From contig CAWIYV010000007.1 in assembly GCA_963840455.1 (NCBI GenBank), positions 64,001 to 128,000 on the forward strand: 64,000 nucleotides of DNA, written 5' to 3'. A model generated the notes under the pieces. That model had not been told where the DNA came from. It saw only the letters and a program-made list of their open reading frames with translations, and searched no databases. Positions 10,003 to 21,054 of this stretch are shown here, one piece after another (position 1 is the first letter of the stretch; each line of letters starts with the position of its first letter). Source of the stretch: Nitrospirota bacterium (GTDB taxonomy: Bacteria; Nitrospirota; UBA9217). Position numbers and translations under genes: made by a program.

Positions 10003-10906
10003 TTATCCCAGTTTACCGGACCTGCCCTGAAGATAATGTGATGTGCCACGACATATCTGCGCAGCTCCCGCGGCTTTCGGGTGAGCGTGGGTAAAAAGAC
10101 TCAAGATCGCTGCCGAGAGAACAATTCCAAACCGCAAAAAGCGCAAAAGAGCGGGGAGCGGCTTATTAGCATCAAGACACATGAACATGTTTCTGACACT
10201 ATAATACAGTGATGTAGCGGAGCCGATGCCCATTGATCTGGATACTTTATGCCATACCCTGGAGGCAGGAACATACATGATCTTATAGCCTGCGTTTTGA
10301 GCACGCATGCCCCAGTCAACATCTTCGCAATAACAGAAATACTTATCACCAAGCAGGCCGATCTGCTTCGCATAGTCTTCTGCTCACCATCAATGAACAG
10401 CCAGTCGGCCGCTCTGTTTCTTCTACCGTGTCGAATTGTCCTTCATCGCGTACATTGTAACCTCTGTGGCGGCCCCAGCCGAGCCAGGGATAAAAGGACG
10501 CTCCCAGCATACCAGAGGATGTCAGGCCTGTCATAGAAATATATCTTCGAGCACAACATACCCGCGGTTTTGTCTGCTTCCGCGACAGTGACCAGTTCAG
10601 TTACAAAGTCCTTGTCCACGATCGTATCATTGTTCAATAAGATGATATAATCCGCGCCGTTGTCCAATGCATGCCGCATTCCGATATTGTTTCCACCGGT
10701 AAAGCCGAGATTATGTCCGGTCTGGATAAGGGCAATATCAGGAAATCGTTCGCGTAATAATGTTCGGAGCCGTCCGTAGATCCGTTATCCACAAGAACTT
10801 TGCGGTAATTTGGATACGTAATAGCCTTGAGGGAGTTGACGCACTCCACGGTGTCCTGGTATCCGTTCCAGTTCAAGACGATGATGAAAACCTTGGGGCT
10901 CATCAT
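10003..10906 (-). pseudogene. Glycosyltransferase family 2 (rhamnosyltransferase-like), multiple frameshifts
   Basis: IIVLNWNG, VDNGSTDGS, LLNNDTIV, TGCSLMV, YVPASRVWHKVS in different frames. Confidence 0.8.
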
Positions 10907-12038
10907 TCGTTTGGTCCAGCGGCGGACCTATGTGTTTCTATCGCCTTGTTAATAGCTTCTAGAAATTTTCTTCCGTTTTTTATATCAGGCTCGAGATGGC
11001 ATCCCTCGGCCCATTCATTCCATGCATTAATAAACACGATCTTCTCGTCATCGTCGTACTTATCCGCTCTGGTAAAGGCATTTAAGAGCCACGCTCTAAA
11101 CTGCAAAGGGTCGTTATTTTGGATGATGTTGGCTCTTCGTTTTCTCGCACTGTTGTCCCATGAAGGCGTAACGCAGGGGAATTTTTTATAACCATCTGGA
11201 TGCGGTTTGATCATTGCTCTGTCCGCCAATTTATTGTAACTGTAAATATTATTTTCATTCATCAAGGGAAAATAGGATTGTAATCCGAGTCGGCTGATGA
11301 TCTTATTATAACGATTAGCGACGGCGAGTTTAAATATCACGGATAGTGACCGTCCTGGAAAATCCTGATAGTAAGGTTGAAATTCAACGATTGCGTCGAA
11401 TCCGGTTGCTATAACTGCTTTTTCGTCCACCTGATCAAAGTTGCTTCTAACCGAGCACAGATAGATATCATCAAATCCGTGCTCTTGTACGATCCTTCTC
11501 CAATCACGGATCCGTTCCGATAAATCGGAAATATTGTCCGTCCGGTAAATAAGAAATAAGGGCTTGTTATTTACTTTTATATAGCGAGGGTCCTTAAAAG
11601 CTTTGCATAACCAATTAATGTGCTCGATCCTATCACTGGCATTGTAATCCTGCGTCATCAAGATATCCTTGTGCATCCCGTCCCACGACTTTGTCCAGTT
11701 CTCATTTGCCCAGCACAGGCAGAAAGGAAAATCCGGCCTCCCTGACCGCAGCACTTCACTGAAGGGCCGATCCAAGAGCATCTTGCCGTTGAACCAGTAA
11801 TGGTAGTAACAAAATGCGGAGATACCGTGTTCGGCGGCAAGTTCAGCCTGGGCCATCCGCGTCTCTTCTAGCCGGAGATCGTAAAATCCGAGGTCAGCGG
11901 GTATCTGCGGCTGGTTGTGTCGCGGAATCGCGGTCTCGCCTTAGCGACACTGACCCATTCGGTAAATCCTTTTCCCCACCAGAGATCATTTTCTGGGATA
12001 GGATGATATTGTGGGAGATAGAAGCTGATGATTTTCAC
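10903..12038 (-). CDS. WbsX / GH99-like glycosyltransferase, 5' part frameshifted
   Basis: [13 protein letters not shown] at 5' end; [38 protein letters not shown]. Confidence 0.85.
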
Positions 12039-12065
12039 GGTTCTAATAATTCCTTTGTCGAGTTC

Positions 12066-12815
12066 CTATGTATTTCTACTTACGAAGACGTCGAGAAATT
12101 CTGCTTCAAGGCCCTGTGATCTGTCACGAAAGGTGAAGATCCCGGTTGTCATACCGCAGTTCGTATGAATGAAATCCAACAGGTCATCACCCCAGTCAGT
12201 GACAACCAGAGAACCTTTTTTGATCTACCGGGTTGCCATGGTACATCGGTTCCAAGATATTTTCAATTTCATTTGATTCACCGACAGCACGGACAACAGT
12301 TTTTTTCCCCTTATATATAGGCAGTGTAAAAATATGCGCTCCTCCCGGTTTTAATATACGGCGGATTTCCCGAAACGCCGGCACAGGATGAAGAACATGC
12401 TCGAACACATCCTGAGTGATCACCAAATCGAAGGACTCGTCTGGAAAAGTCAGCTTTTCCAGATTTTCACACCTGAATCCCCGTTTAGAGGTGCCCGGCT
12501 TAACATCAGGAGAACACCGCGAGGGCAAATAAGAGGCGCATGCTTTCTGCAATTTCCGGGACGAAGCGCCGCTTGGTGAAGACTCATAGATCCTAAGCTG
12601 GCGCCAATGAGGATACTCAGCATGAAGTACCTTGATGAGTGCTCGCTGACGCGGGATTGACCAGCAAAAGACGCAGAAGTAGTGATCTCTCAACCATTCG
12701 GTTTGTCGTACGAATAAAGTCTTGTGCTCGCAGGATCGGGACAGAAGCCTACGTTCGTTTTGCCGTTCAAAATAGACAGGGGCAGTTTTGCTAGGGTTTT
12801 AAATGTCATTATCAT
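12066..12815 (-). pseudogene. Class I SAM methyltransferase (Methyltransf_11), frameshifted
   Basis: FPDESFDLVITQDVFEHV, ILKPGG, YHGNPVD; both ends are in other frames. Confidence 0.75.
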
Positions 12816-12888
12816 AGCGTCTGACTTTAATCGAGCGATGCTGTATCCAGAATGGGACAACCGCGTTCCTGAATAGCATTTAGCAGTA

Positions 12889-13954
12889 TCAGATACACAT
12901 AGTACTTCCCGAGAGAAACGGTTTTCTCAATACTGTCACAATCCGGCGGAAATACCCGCGGTAATAGAACCTGCTGGTTCTCAGGCCATGCCAGAGGATG
13001 ATGTCCTGTGATGCTTTCAGCGTGTAATAGACAACGGCAAGCAGATTGGGGATGCTGCCCGGCAGAAGGGCGGCCGTCTTGGCGATGAAACGGTCCCAGC
13101 GAGAATCAAGCCGCGGTTCCATGAACTTTCGATATTCGTCAATTGAATAGGCGCCTGATGCCCGCATCAGCAGGAGCGCCCGTATGTTGTTCCACGGTTC
13201 GCGGGGACCGATGCGCGACTTCGCAGCCTCACTGATTCCGGTAAAGGACCAGATCAGTTGCGGCCATTTAAACATCCAGACCTCAAAATATCGGGACGAC
13301 CACTGAGCATTTCCATACCGAATGGAAATATAAGGTTCGGCAACGGCGCAAGCACCGTGAGGGAGCGCTTTCTGAAAGATGACCCCTAGGTGGACGAATT
13401 CTGTGCCGATATAGGCTTCCTTGTCCCGTTCATTCCAGAGGGAACGGTCAATCACAACAGCACCGATAAACGACAAATAGGTTGCCGTCTCGATGAAAAG
13501 GGCCTCCTGTGCAGAGGGCTCATAGACGGCGTCATGGTCAATCTGAAGTCTTTTCGTCTCCAGGAGATGCAACAGACTTCGATCCTTCACTTCGGCGTTC
13601 AAAACAATGAGGCTGTACCCTCGTTGAAGTCGTTCGAGAATCGCGTTGACGGCTCCAGGCTTTACAATGTCATCATCGGTCATCAGCCAGCAGTATGCCC
13701 CTCTAGCAAAACTTACTGCATTGCAATAATCCCGATCGACACCGCCCTTGACAGGCAGACGGTGATAGTGAAGCTGGGGGCATTGGTCCTGGTAATGTTG
13801 AACAACAGCTTGCTGTGTCATCGGGTGATGCCCCGTCGACAACAATGATTTCTACGTCATCAGTGGCCTGAGTGATGATGCTTTCCAACGTTTGACCAAT
13901 CATATCGGCACGGTTGTAGGTAGCGATGCATATGGAGAGTAACGGTGTCTTCAT
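12889..13954 (-). pseudogene. Glycosyltransferase family 2 (RfbV/abequosyltransferase-like), one frameshift
   Basis: LSICIATYNRA, VDGASPD, then YCWLMTDDD. Confidence 0.8.
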
Positions 13955-14931
13955 GTCTTCTGCTCCGGCTTGATAAATTCGAGCATGACCACTCCTTCAC
14001 CTGGAAGTTCGTCTATAGAGGAGAATGGCCGATATTCGATAGCCATCATGTAGGGTTCGCGCCAGAAAGGATAGAGAGGACCAAGGAGGCGTTTCATGGC
14101 AGCATTTCTAAAAAAGAAACCGTTCCTTTTTTCGCCGTAGATCGCGATACGGGCGGGCATACCGGTTACACTGTAGATAGATGATTTTAAACGTTCACTA
14201 TCATAATAACGCTGCCAGAACGTATAACCATCATCTCCTGGTTTGAGCACGCCATACTGATTATGGCTGATGTACTGTTCAAGCGGTTGAGACATGCAGG
14301 GGAGCGTTAGAACAAGTTTTCCGCCGGGACGAAGAAGCGGCCACATGGTTTCAAGAGCAGCCTTGTCGTCAGGTATATGCTCAAGAACGGACAGACAGGT
14401 TATGAGATCAAATGAAGATTCAGGAAAACCGGCATTGTCAAGGATGTCATTAAGAAACTCGCAGCGAGATTTCAGTCCAAGTGCGTTTGCTAACTGCTCT
14501 GTCTCTTGCAGGTCACTGCGGTCTGGATTAATGATTTCAGCGGTTGCTGCCGACGTTGCCTTCAAGAGAAAGAGCGGCATGAGTCTTGGGGAAGAGACAT
14601 CTAAGTAGCGTGTAAAGGTAAAAGAATTCACGCTTTTCCAAACCTCGTGGAACTCAAAATAACGAGTAGAGTCCATGGGAAAGAAAAGAAGTCCGTAGCA
14701 TGTTCCCAGTGAAGCGCGGCCAGTAAACAACAAACGAGCACCGGTGGCCATGCAGCGCAGATGAAAGCCGATCCCCGGCGCTCCTGCAACGCGGGCCATT
14801 ACAAGATAGAGAGGCGACAGCACAATTCCCTTGAGGTGCATCCACACATTACGAAGGACACCGCGCGACATGGGAAGGGGGACTTCAATGAATTGTTTTC
14901 GTACACTCGGGTTATTTGAGGTCTCGTTCAT
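13951..14931 (-). CDS. Class I SAM-dependent methyltransferase
   Basis: YLDVSSPR, SFDLITCLSVLEHI, LRPGG. Confidence 0.8.
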   Translation of the reverse strand: MNETSNNPSVRKQFIEVPLPMSRGVLRNVWMHLKGIVLSPLYLVMARVAGAPGIGFHLRCMATGARLLFTGRASLGTCYGLLFFPMDSTRYFEFHEVWKSVNSFTFTRYLDVSSPRLMPLFLLKATSAATAEIINPDRSDLQETEQLANALGLKSRCEFLNDILDNAGFPESSFDLITCLSVLEHIPDDKAALETMWPLLRPGGKLVLTLPCMSQPLEQYISHNQYGVLKPGDDGYTFWQRYYDSERLKSSIYSVTGMPARIAIYGEKRNGFFFRNAAMKRLLGPLYPFWREPYMMAIEYRPFSSIDELPGEGVVMLEFIKPEQKT

Positions 14932-14971
14932 GTAGGTTTTCAGTAAACGTCAGCTCTCTCGGTTCGCGCAA

Positions 14972-16210
14972 TTACACTATCTCAATTTCCGGGAACGGAA
15001 ATATCATCTTCCCGCCGCTTGCCAAGTAATCCTTCTCCCGCCGGAGGATCCCGTCCTTGAAATGCCAAGGGAGCACGAAGAAATAATCCGGTTTCATGGC
15101 TCGCGCCTCCTGCTCCGGAATGATCGGAATATGCGTCCCCGGCGTGAAGCAGCCGAATTTATCAGGATTGACATCGGCGATCGCGAGAACGTCCTTGTTC
15201 GTGAGGCCGCAGAACTGAAGAACGACATTCCCTTTTGTAGAGGCGCCGTAGCCGAGGATCTTTTTGCCGTCCGCGGTCAACGCCCTGACCAACCGGGTGA
15301 GATCATCCCGATGGCGGAAGACGCGCTCTTCGAAATCACGGTAGGGGCGGGGCGTGCTCAGTCCCATCCGGTCTTCCTGCTCAAGCAGCCAGTCGATGAC
15401 CGCACTATTCTGCGTAATGCTTCGATTCCCGGCCTTTACTGCGGTCACGGCAAAACTGCCTCCATTGATCGCGTTCATCACGACGTCCACGATCTTCAGC
15501 CCGGCTTTCTCGAGGATATTCTTAACCACGCCAAGCGAATAGTACTCGAGGTGTTCATGGCATATCGTATCATAGGAGTTCATGCGGAGCATGGAAGGCA
15601 TATAGCTCTGCTCGAAGTGCCAGATCCCGTCGTCGGCAAGGATCGACTCGATCTGTTTCGCAAAGTCGACCGGCGAGTCGAGGTCGTAGAACATCGCGAT
15701 GGACGTGACGATGCGCGCAGGCTGGGATTCGACGGAACGATAGGCGGCGGCCGAAAAGAAGTCGGGAATGAGCTTGATCTCGTCGGTATAGTATTGGGTA
15801 AACTTCTTTCCCGTTGGATCAATGCCGATCCTCTTGATCCCTGCTGCTGAATAGGCCTTCAGCGTGGTGGCGTCGTTGCTTCCTATATCAAGCACGCTGT
15901 CGCCCGGTTTCAGGGTCACCATGCGCTCGAGATACCGGACTTTTTCCGTGAGATGGTTCACCATCGATTGATTGAGCCCGGAACGGTAGCCGTAATTCTC
16001 GCCGTACATTTCGCTGGATTCATAGGTGTGCCTGAGCTGGAGCAGCCCGCCGTCAGGACACCAGACGAGCTCAAGGGGCCCGGAAGTGATCTGGTCGGAT
16101 GTCCTCTTCGGAAATACCCCCGTCAAGACCTGATGGCCCAGGTTCAGCACCGACACCAGGTTATTACTTCCACTTATGCGGCATTGTTTGATCTCTTTGT
16201 ATGCAGTCAT
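14972..16210 (-). CDS. NDP-sugar C-methyltransferase-type protein
   Basis: LDIGSNDAT, YDTICHEHLEYY, GYGASTKG, GTHIPI, VLPWHF. Confidence 0.85.
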   Translation of the reverse strand: MTAYKEIKQCRISGSNNLVSVLNLGHQVLTGVFPKRTSDQITSGPLELVWCPDGGLLQLRHTYESSEMYGENYGYRSGLNQSMVNHLTEKVRYLERMVTLKPGDSVLDIGSNDATTLKAYSAAGIKRIGIDPTGKKFTQYYTDEIKLIPDFFSAAAYRSVESQPARIVTSIAMFYDLDSPVDFAKQIESILADDGIWHFEQSYMPSMLRMNSYDTICHEHLEYYSLGVVKNILEKAGLKIVDVVMNAINGGSFAVTAVKAGNRSITQNSAVIDWLLEQEDRMGLSTPRPYRDFEERVFRHRDDLTRLVRALTADGKKILGYGASTKGNVVLQFCGLTNKDVLAIADVNPDKFGCFTPGTHIPIIPEQEARAMKPDYFFVLPWHFKDGILRREKDYLASGGKMIFPFPEIEIV

Positions 16211-16298
16211 GGATATTTTCCCTATCAAAGAAAGAATTAAGCGCCAGCGTTGTTACCAGTATCATTATGGCCTAATGTACTGGTAATGTATTATGAAA

Positions 16299-16525
16299 CT
16301 ACTTTGGAATAAACAAGTAGTTAAAGTTATTTGGAATTGAATGTTTTCTGGCGACCCAGCTTTTTATATCGCCGGGAGTTACCAGAGTGAATTCTTTATT
16401 CGCCAGTCTTACCTCATAACCATGCTTCCAAACAGATCAAAAGTAGCTTCATAATGAGGGTTCATCGCGCCAGGATGAAACTCGTCCAAGCATATCTGTA
16501 TCAACCATGTGGGGCGTAAAGACAT
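16299..16525 (-). pseudogene. C-terminal remnant of a probable FkbM-family methyltransferase
   Basis: Manual translation: RPTWLIQICLDEFHPGAMNPHYEATFDLF/KHGYEVR...NYLFIPK*; no N-terminus. Confidence 0.5.
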
Positions 16526-16544
16526 ACAAACTTAAATTAAAAGG

Positions 16545-17492
16545 TCAATCCTGCTTCACTGAAGGAAGGACTATTCTGTTTAGTATAAATACTAACAACT
16601 GTGGAGCCGTAAAATGCCTAAATTTGTTGTTAATCTTAAAACAATTAAAAACATAATGTTCAATTTTGAATGCAATAACTGTCATCTTAAATTTAATTAA
16701 TATTTTTGATGCAACTGTTACTATCTTCGTTTGATTAATCTTGCTTGAAATATTTCGAATAAGGTAATTATTTTCATATTTATTTGGCAAGACTTCGATA
16801 AGCTTATATCCAACCAACTGCATAAGTTCTACATATAACGAGGCAGAATATGGCCATTCATATTGCCCATATTTGATAACGTGTGCATGATCCCGTAAGG
16901 CGGAATAGAATTCTTCCGCTGAGTTGGCAAAATACTCATCGAACATTAACCACTTCCCATCGCCACACATTTTACATCTAATCTCTGCCGCAACTTTGCT
17001 TACATTTTCAAAATGATGGACACACGCCTTTGTGATTATGAGATCATACAATTCGTCAGACTCATACCACTCATCTAAATCATTCCAAACATGGACGCCA
17101 TATTTATGAGCTGAATTAGAAATAAATCCAGTACCTGTTATCCATTCATTATTTGGTTCCAGGATGCTAATGTTCTTAAATCCAGACTTCGCCAATGCTA
17201 CAGCAAGAAATCCAGGGCCTGCTCCAATTTCACATATTTTAGCGTTCCAATCATAACCAGCATGACGGGCTATCTCATTAAAGAGAATTTTAAACTCTTT
17301 GCTTGCGCAAAATCGCTGGAAACTTGCTTCACGATCTTTGTCTAAGTATAGTGCCTCCAACATATTTTTAATTTCTAGATTTGTTTTTGATAGTTCCGTC
17401 TCTTTTCTGATGGCCTCCTCTTTGAGAGCAGATGACTCTTTCATATTCCGCAATATCGATTTCCACAGTTTGATTCTGACTAATTCACTCAT
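16545..17492 (-). CDS. Class I SAM-dependent methyltransferase, markedly AT-rich
   Basis: CEIGAGPGFL, YDLIITKACVHHF. Confidence 0.8.
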   Translation of the reverse strand: MSELVRIKLWKSILRNMKESSALKEEAIRKETELSKTNLEIKNMLEALYLDKDREASFQRFCASKEFKILFNEIARHAGYDWNAKICEIGAGPGFLAVALAKSGFKNISILEPNNEWITGTGFISNSAHKYGVHVWNDLDEWYESDELYDLIITKACVHHFENVSKVAAEIRCKMCGDGKWLMFDEYFANSAEEFYSALRDHAHVIKYGQYEWPYSASLYVELMQLVGYKLIEVLPNKYENNYLIRNISSKINQTKIVTVASKILIKFKMTVIAFKIEHYVFNCFKINNKFRHFTAPQLLVFILNRIVLPSVKQD

Positions 17493-17602
17493 ATGAATTC
17501 CTTATAATATCATTTAGTTGACTCAAGACCAGAATAGACATCTTCCTGTTTGGTCAGTCACTGTTTGACTCCTCAGAGAAAATATTTGTAGTTTTATTAT
17601 GT

Positions 17603-19117
17603 CTATACGCTGCCATATCTCATTCTTGATAGCTGGATTATCAGCCATGATTTCATATGTGGTGCCGTACAAGCGGCAGCCGCAAGTGCCCCGATCAATA
17701 GGGCCGACAGAATTATAATCGATTTTATGGCCGGCATTGGGCTTGTACACAGTACTCGCCCTACCCCGACAACAATGAGCACGGTAGCTGCAGGTGGGAT
17801 GGTGTCTCTTCGAAACCATATCCATGCTTCACCTTTTAGTAAACGACGATGAGTAAGCGGCACTCCAAGCAATAGATTTATGATGTTCAGCACGACCCAC
17901 ACAGCGGCTGCTCCTAACGCACCGAAACGTATAGTCATAAAAATAATCGCGGGAACAAGCGAAATAATTAAAAAGATAGTTATTTTTAAGCTAAGGCTAG
18001 TCCATCCACAGGCTAATTGCAATGCATATGGCACAGTCATCAAGCCATTCAAAGCCATACCGATTACTAGCAGGCTGACTATAGGAGAGGCAATTCTGGC
18101 TGTTTCTTCGCTACCCGTCCATAAAAATAGGATATCAAAAGAAAAGAATACCAGAATAGCAGCAACCGGCAAAACAAGCACTGCCATGAGTTGGGATCCT
18201 TGATGATATAAAAGTTTTAGAGCCGTTTCATCGCTCATAGCTCCGAGCGACGTGAAGCGCGGAAACAGTGCGTTGAATATCGGGCCGACCAGCATAAAGG
18301 GGATAATATTGCTTGCCACACCCGCAAGCGTATAAAAACCGAACATTTCGAGACTGAGCAGCTTGCTTAGGATCACTTTATCTAGCTGAGTCAGGATAAT
18401 TGCGGAGATTGCTATGCCGCCCATGCCAGCGGCAAAGCGCCAGATGTTGCGCATTAGATTAGGGTTATAAACTGGTGTGCGATTGGAAGGCGGCAGACTA
18501 TGCCAGAGTGCTGTTGTAAAGGAGATAAGCGTAAGAGCGCTTATGAATATTTGCCATGTGAAAAAAGCGGTTATCGTTGGAGAAACTTTCCAGAGAATCA
18601 ATACTGCTCCAAAACTGCTGATCGAGGAAAGGCCAATCTTGAGACCGTTAATTAGCACCTGTTTCTGCAAGCCCATGAGGCCACCGTCATAAAAACTGAG
18701 CGGCCATTGAATGGCGGATACGATACCCATGATCATCACGGCGTGCTGCACCGTTTTAACATGTATTGAACCGGGCTTGATCCAGTGCCCGGCAATGAAC
18801 GGTGCGGCGATCACTACCCCGATACCGATAACGATCCCGATTGCCCAGTACCCGATTTCCAGCGTTCTCACAAAGTCACGTGCCTCGCCTGCCTTCTCTG
18901 GTAAAGCAGCATAGCGGGCCATTTCCCGATTCATAGTCTGGCTCAGGCCGAGATCAAGTATCTGAAACGCGCCCTGAAGCATGGCAAAAAAACCGATCAA
19001 TCCGTACGCTTCGATACCAAGAAACTTGATATAGATCGGAACAAAAGCCAGGCCCATTAAGGCCGCCCAGCCCTGACCGGCGAAATTGGCGATGATATTT
19101 CGTTTAACGATGCTCAA
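17603..19117 (-). CDS. wzx: Polysaccharide flippase (Wzx/MOP family)
   Basis: Many hydrophobic segments; LGIEAYGLIG, DLGLSQ, TQLDKVILSKLL. Confidence 0.88.
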   Translation of the reverse strand: MSIVKRNIIANFAGQGWAALMGLAFVPIYIKFLGIEAYGLIGFFAMLQGAFQILDLGLSQTMNREMARYAALPEKAGEARDFVRTLEIGYWAIGIVIGIGVVIAAPFIAGHWIKPGSIHVKTVQHAVMIMGIVSAIQWPLSFYDGGLMGLQKQVLINGLKIGLSSISSFGAVLILWKVSPTITAFFTWQIFISALTLISFTTALWHSLPPSNRTPVYNPNLMRNIWRFAAGMGGIAISAIILTQLDKVILSKLLSLEMFGFYTLAGVASNIIPFMLVGPIFNALFPRFTSLGAMSDETALKLLYHQGSQLMAVLVLPVAAILVFFSFDILFLWTGSEETARIASPIVSLLVIGMALNGLMTVPYALQLACGWTSLSLKITIFLIISLVPAIIFMTIRFGALGAAAVWVVLNIINLLLGVPLTHRRLLKGEAWIWFRRDTIPPAATVLIVVGVGRVLCTSPMPAIKSIIILSALLIGALAAAACTAPHMKSWLIIQLSRMRYGSV

Positions 19118-19132
19118 TGTGATGCGTGGTCC

Positions 19133-19756
19133 TTATCGCCGGGTCGCGAAGATCTCCCGGATGTTCTTATCCGCTATTCCGTGGTCGAGCAGCGCACGGT
19201 GCAGTGATTCCCGCATCAGATACGAGGTGATGACGATGCTGTCATATTCCATGTTGTCCAAGCCGGTGATGGGCTGTATTTTCCTGCCGAAGAATACTTC
19301 CTCGGCCCTGTCGGGATCCACAACACCAGCAAGATCAAGCTTCGTGTCCTGCAGCGTGATGTAAGCGAACTCTGCCACCTCGTCGGCGCCAGCAAAGACG
19401 ATGCGTTTTGCTCCGGATCGTTCGAGCTCTAAGAAGAGCTGACGGTAGTTGTTCTTGGCCTCGCGATATATGCGGGTATAGTCCTGCAGGAGATCGTAGG
19501 CGAGGCGTGATTTTTCCGCGAATCCTTTCGGGGTCAGGTAATAGGCATAACGCTTGGTGGGAATGTTCCTGACGGTGATGTATCCCTTGGCCACGAGGTT
19601 CTTGATGTAGGAGTTCACGAGGCCGAGGGCGATGCCCATTCGCTTGCTCAGGTCGCGCTGCGTCAGGGCGTCATTGTTCGAGAGTTCATCAAGGATCTGG
19701 AGGTCCCGATAACGCCCTGTTTCCGATGGGGGAGGACTGGCTAATTCTTTGTTCAT
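19133..19756 (-). CDS. EPS-associated MarR-type winged-helix regulator with C-terminal Rossmann-like domain
   Basis: TQRDLSKRMGIALGLVNSYIK and YYLTPKGFAEKSRL; heads the glycan locus. Confidence 0.85.
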   Translation of the reverse strand: MNKELASPPPSETGRYRDLQILDELSNNDALTQRDLSKRMGIALGLVNSYIKNLVAKGYITVRNIPTKRYAYYLTPKGFAEKSRLAYDLLQDYTRIYREAKNNYRQLFLELERSGAKRIVFAGADEVAEFAYITLQDTKLDLAGVVDPDRAEEVFFGRKIQPITGLDNMEYDSIVITSYLMRESLHRALLDHGIADKNIREIFATRR

Positions 19757-19828
19757 AATGTGAACGATACCACTGGAATTTTGTTATGTCAAGGAAATTA
19801 ATGACTTTTTCATGTTCATAATATGAAA
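19751..19828 (-). promoter_or_regulatory. Promoter (TTGACA-17-TATCGT, 19764-19792) with two palindromic operator-like sites
   Basis: GTTCATAATGTGAAC at 19751-19765 overlaps the start codon; GTTCATAATATGAAA at 19814-19828. Confidence 0.65.
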
Positions 19829-20100
19829 CTGGACGGAAATATAGAAGTTCTAGTTGGGAATCGATCGCCCTCATCTCATGCAATGAGGTAGAAATGCAAT
19901 GCTTCAAATTTAAGTCAGTTGAGGCGAGCCGGAGAGCGGACAGATGAGGGCAGAGCGGCGCTATGTTCAGTGCCAATGAGGAAAGATCAGATGTCCCGCT
20001 GTAGTGTTTAAGACTCAGGAATCTTCTTTACTCTTTCCCATACCGATGCTATGATTCCCTGATCAGTGAGGCGAAATCCCATGAATGTCAGGAACCATTG

Positions 20101-21054
20101 ATGGAACCGAAGATCTGTCTGGCATTGGGGGGCGGCGCGGCACGGGGCCTGGCGCATCTCGGCGTGCTCAAGGTCTTCGAGGACGCGAAGCTCCCGGTCG
20201 ACATGATCGCCGGAACGAGCCTCGGGGCGCTCATGGGCGGGCTCTACGCATCAAATCCCGATGCCGAATACTGGATCGGCAGGGTGGACCAGTACCTCCG
20301 GAGCTTTCGTTCCCGCAAGACCCGCCTGGAGTTCATCCGGCGCCTGGAACAGCCGAGCAACGATCACGGGTTCTTCGCTGATATGGCGAACCTCATCCGC
20401 AAGGGTTATTTCTGGGGCGTTACGGCAACCAAACCTGCCTTCATATCCGAGGAGGAGTATCAGGAATTCCTGAACCCCCTGATCCCCGATATCAACATCG
20501 AACAGACGAAGATACCCTTCGCGTGTGTTGCCACGGACATCCGGAACGGCAAACGCGTCGTATATGCGAGCGGGCCGCTCCGGACAGCGGTCCGGGCAAG
20601 CTGCGCTCTGCCGGGCATCTTTCCGCCGGTCAAGGACGGCGACATGCTGCTGGTGGATGGGGGATGGGTGGAGCGGGTCCCGGTGATCTGCGCACAGAAC
20701 ATGGGCGCTGACGTGGTGATCGCCGTGGATGTCTCGAGCGAGATCGGGAAGTTCGAGGACACCTCGGGGCTCGACATCGTGCTCAGGGCCGACGCGGTCA
20801 CGCGGGTGTTCCTGAACGAGCTGCTGCTCGACGAGGCCGATGTGTCGATCCACCCGGATGTTGGCGGTGTCCACTGGGCGGATTTCAGTGATCCCCGCGA
20901 ACTTATCCGGCAGGGGGAGCTTGCCACGCTCGAACGCATGGTGGCCATCCGGAGCGCTATCCACCGCGCCGTGGTGCCGCAACGGAAGCTCGTGGACCAG
21001 ATCAAGGTCATCAAGGACATCATTCTCGAGAAGGTCGTGGGACCGAAATCCTAG
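20101..21054 (+). CDS. Patatin-like phospholipase
   Basis: GGGAARG, GTSLG nucleophile motif, DGG. Confidence 0.92.
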   Translation: MEPKICLALGGGAARGLAHLGVLKVFEDAKLPVDMIAGTSLGALMGGLYASNPDAEYWIGRVDQYLRSFRSRKTRLEFIRRLEQPSNDHGFFADMANLIRKGYFWGVTATKPAFISEEEYQEFLNPLIPDINIEQTKIPFACVATDIRNGKRVVYASGPLRTAVRASCALPGIFPPVKDGDMLLVDGGWVERVPVICAQNMGADVVIAVDVSSEIGKFEDTSGLDIVLRADAVTRVFLNELLLDEADVSIHPDVGGVHWADFSDPRELIRQGELATLERMVAIRSAIHRAVVPQRKLVDQIKVIKDIILEKVVGPKS

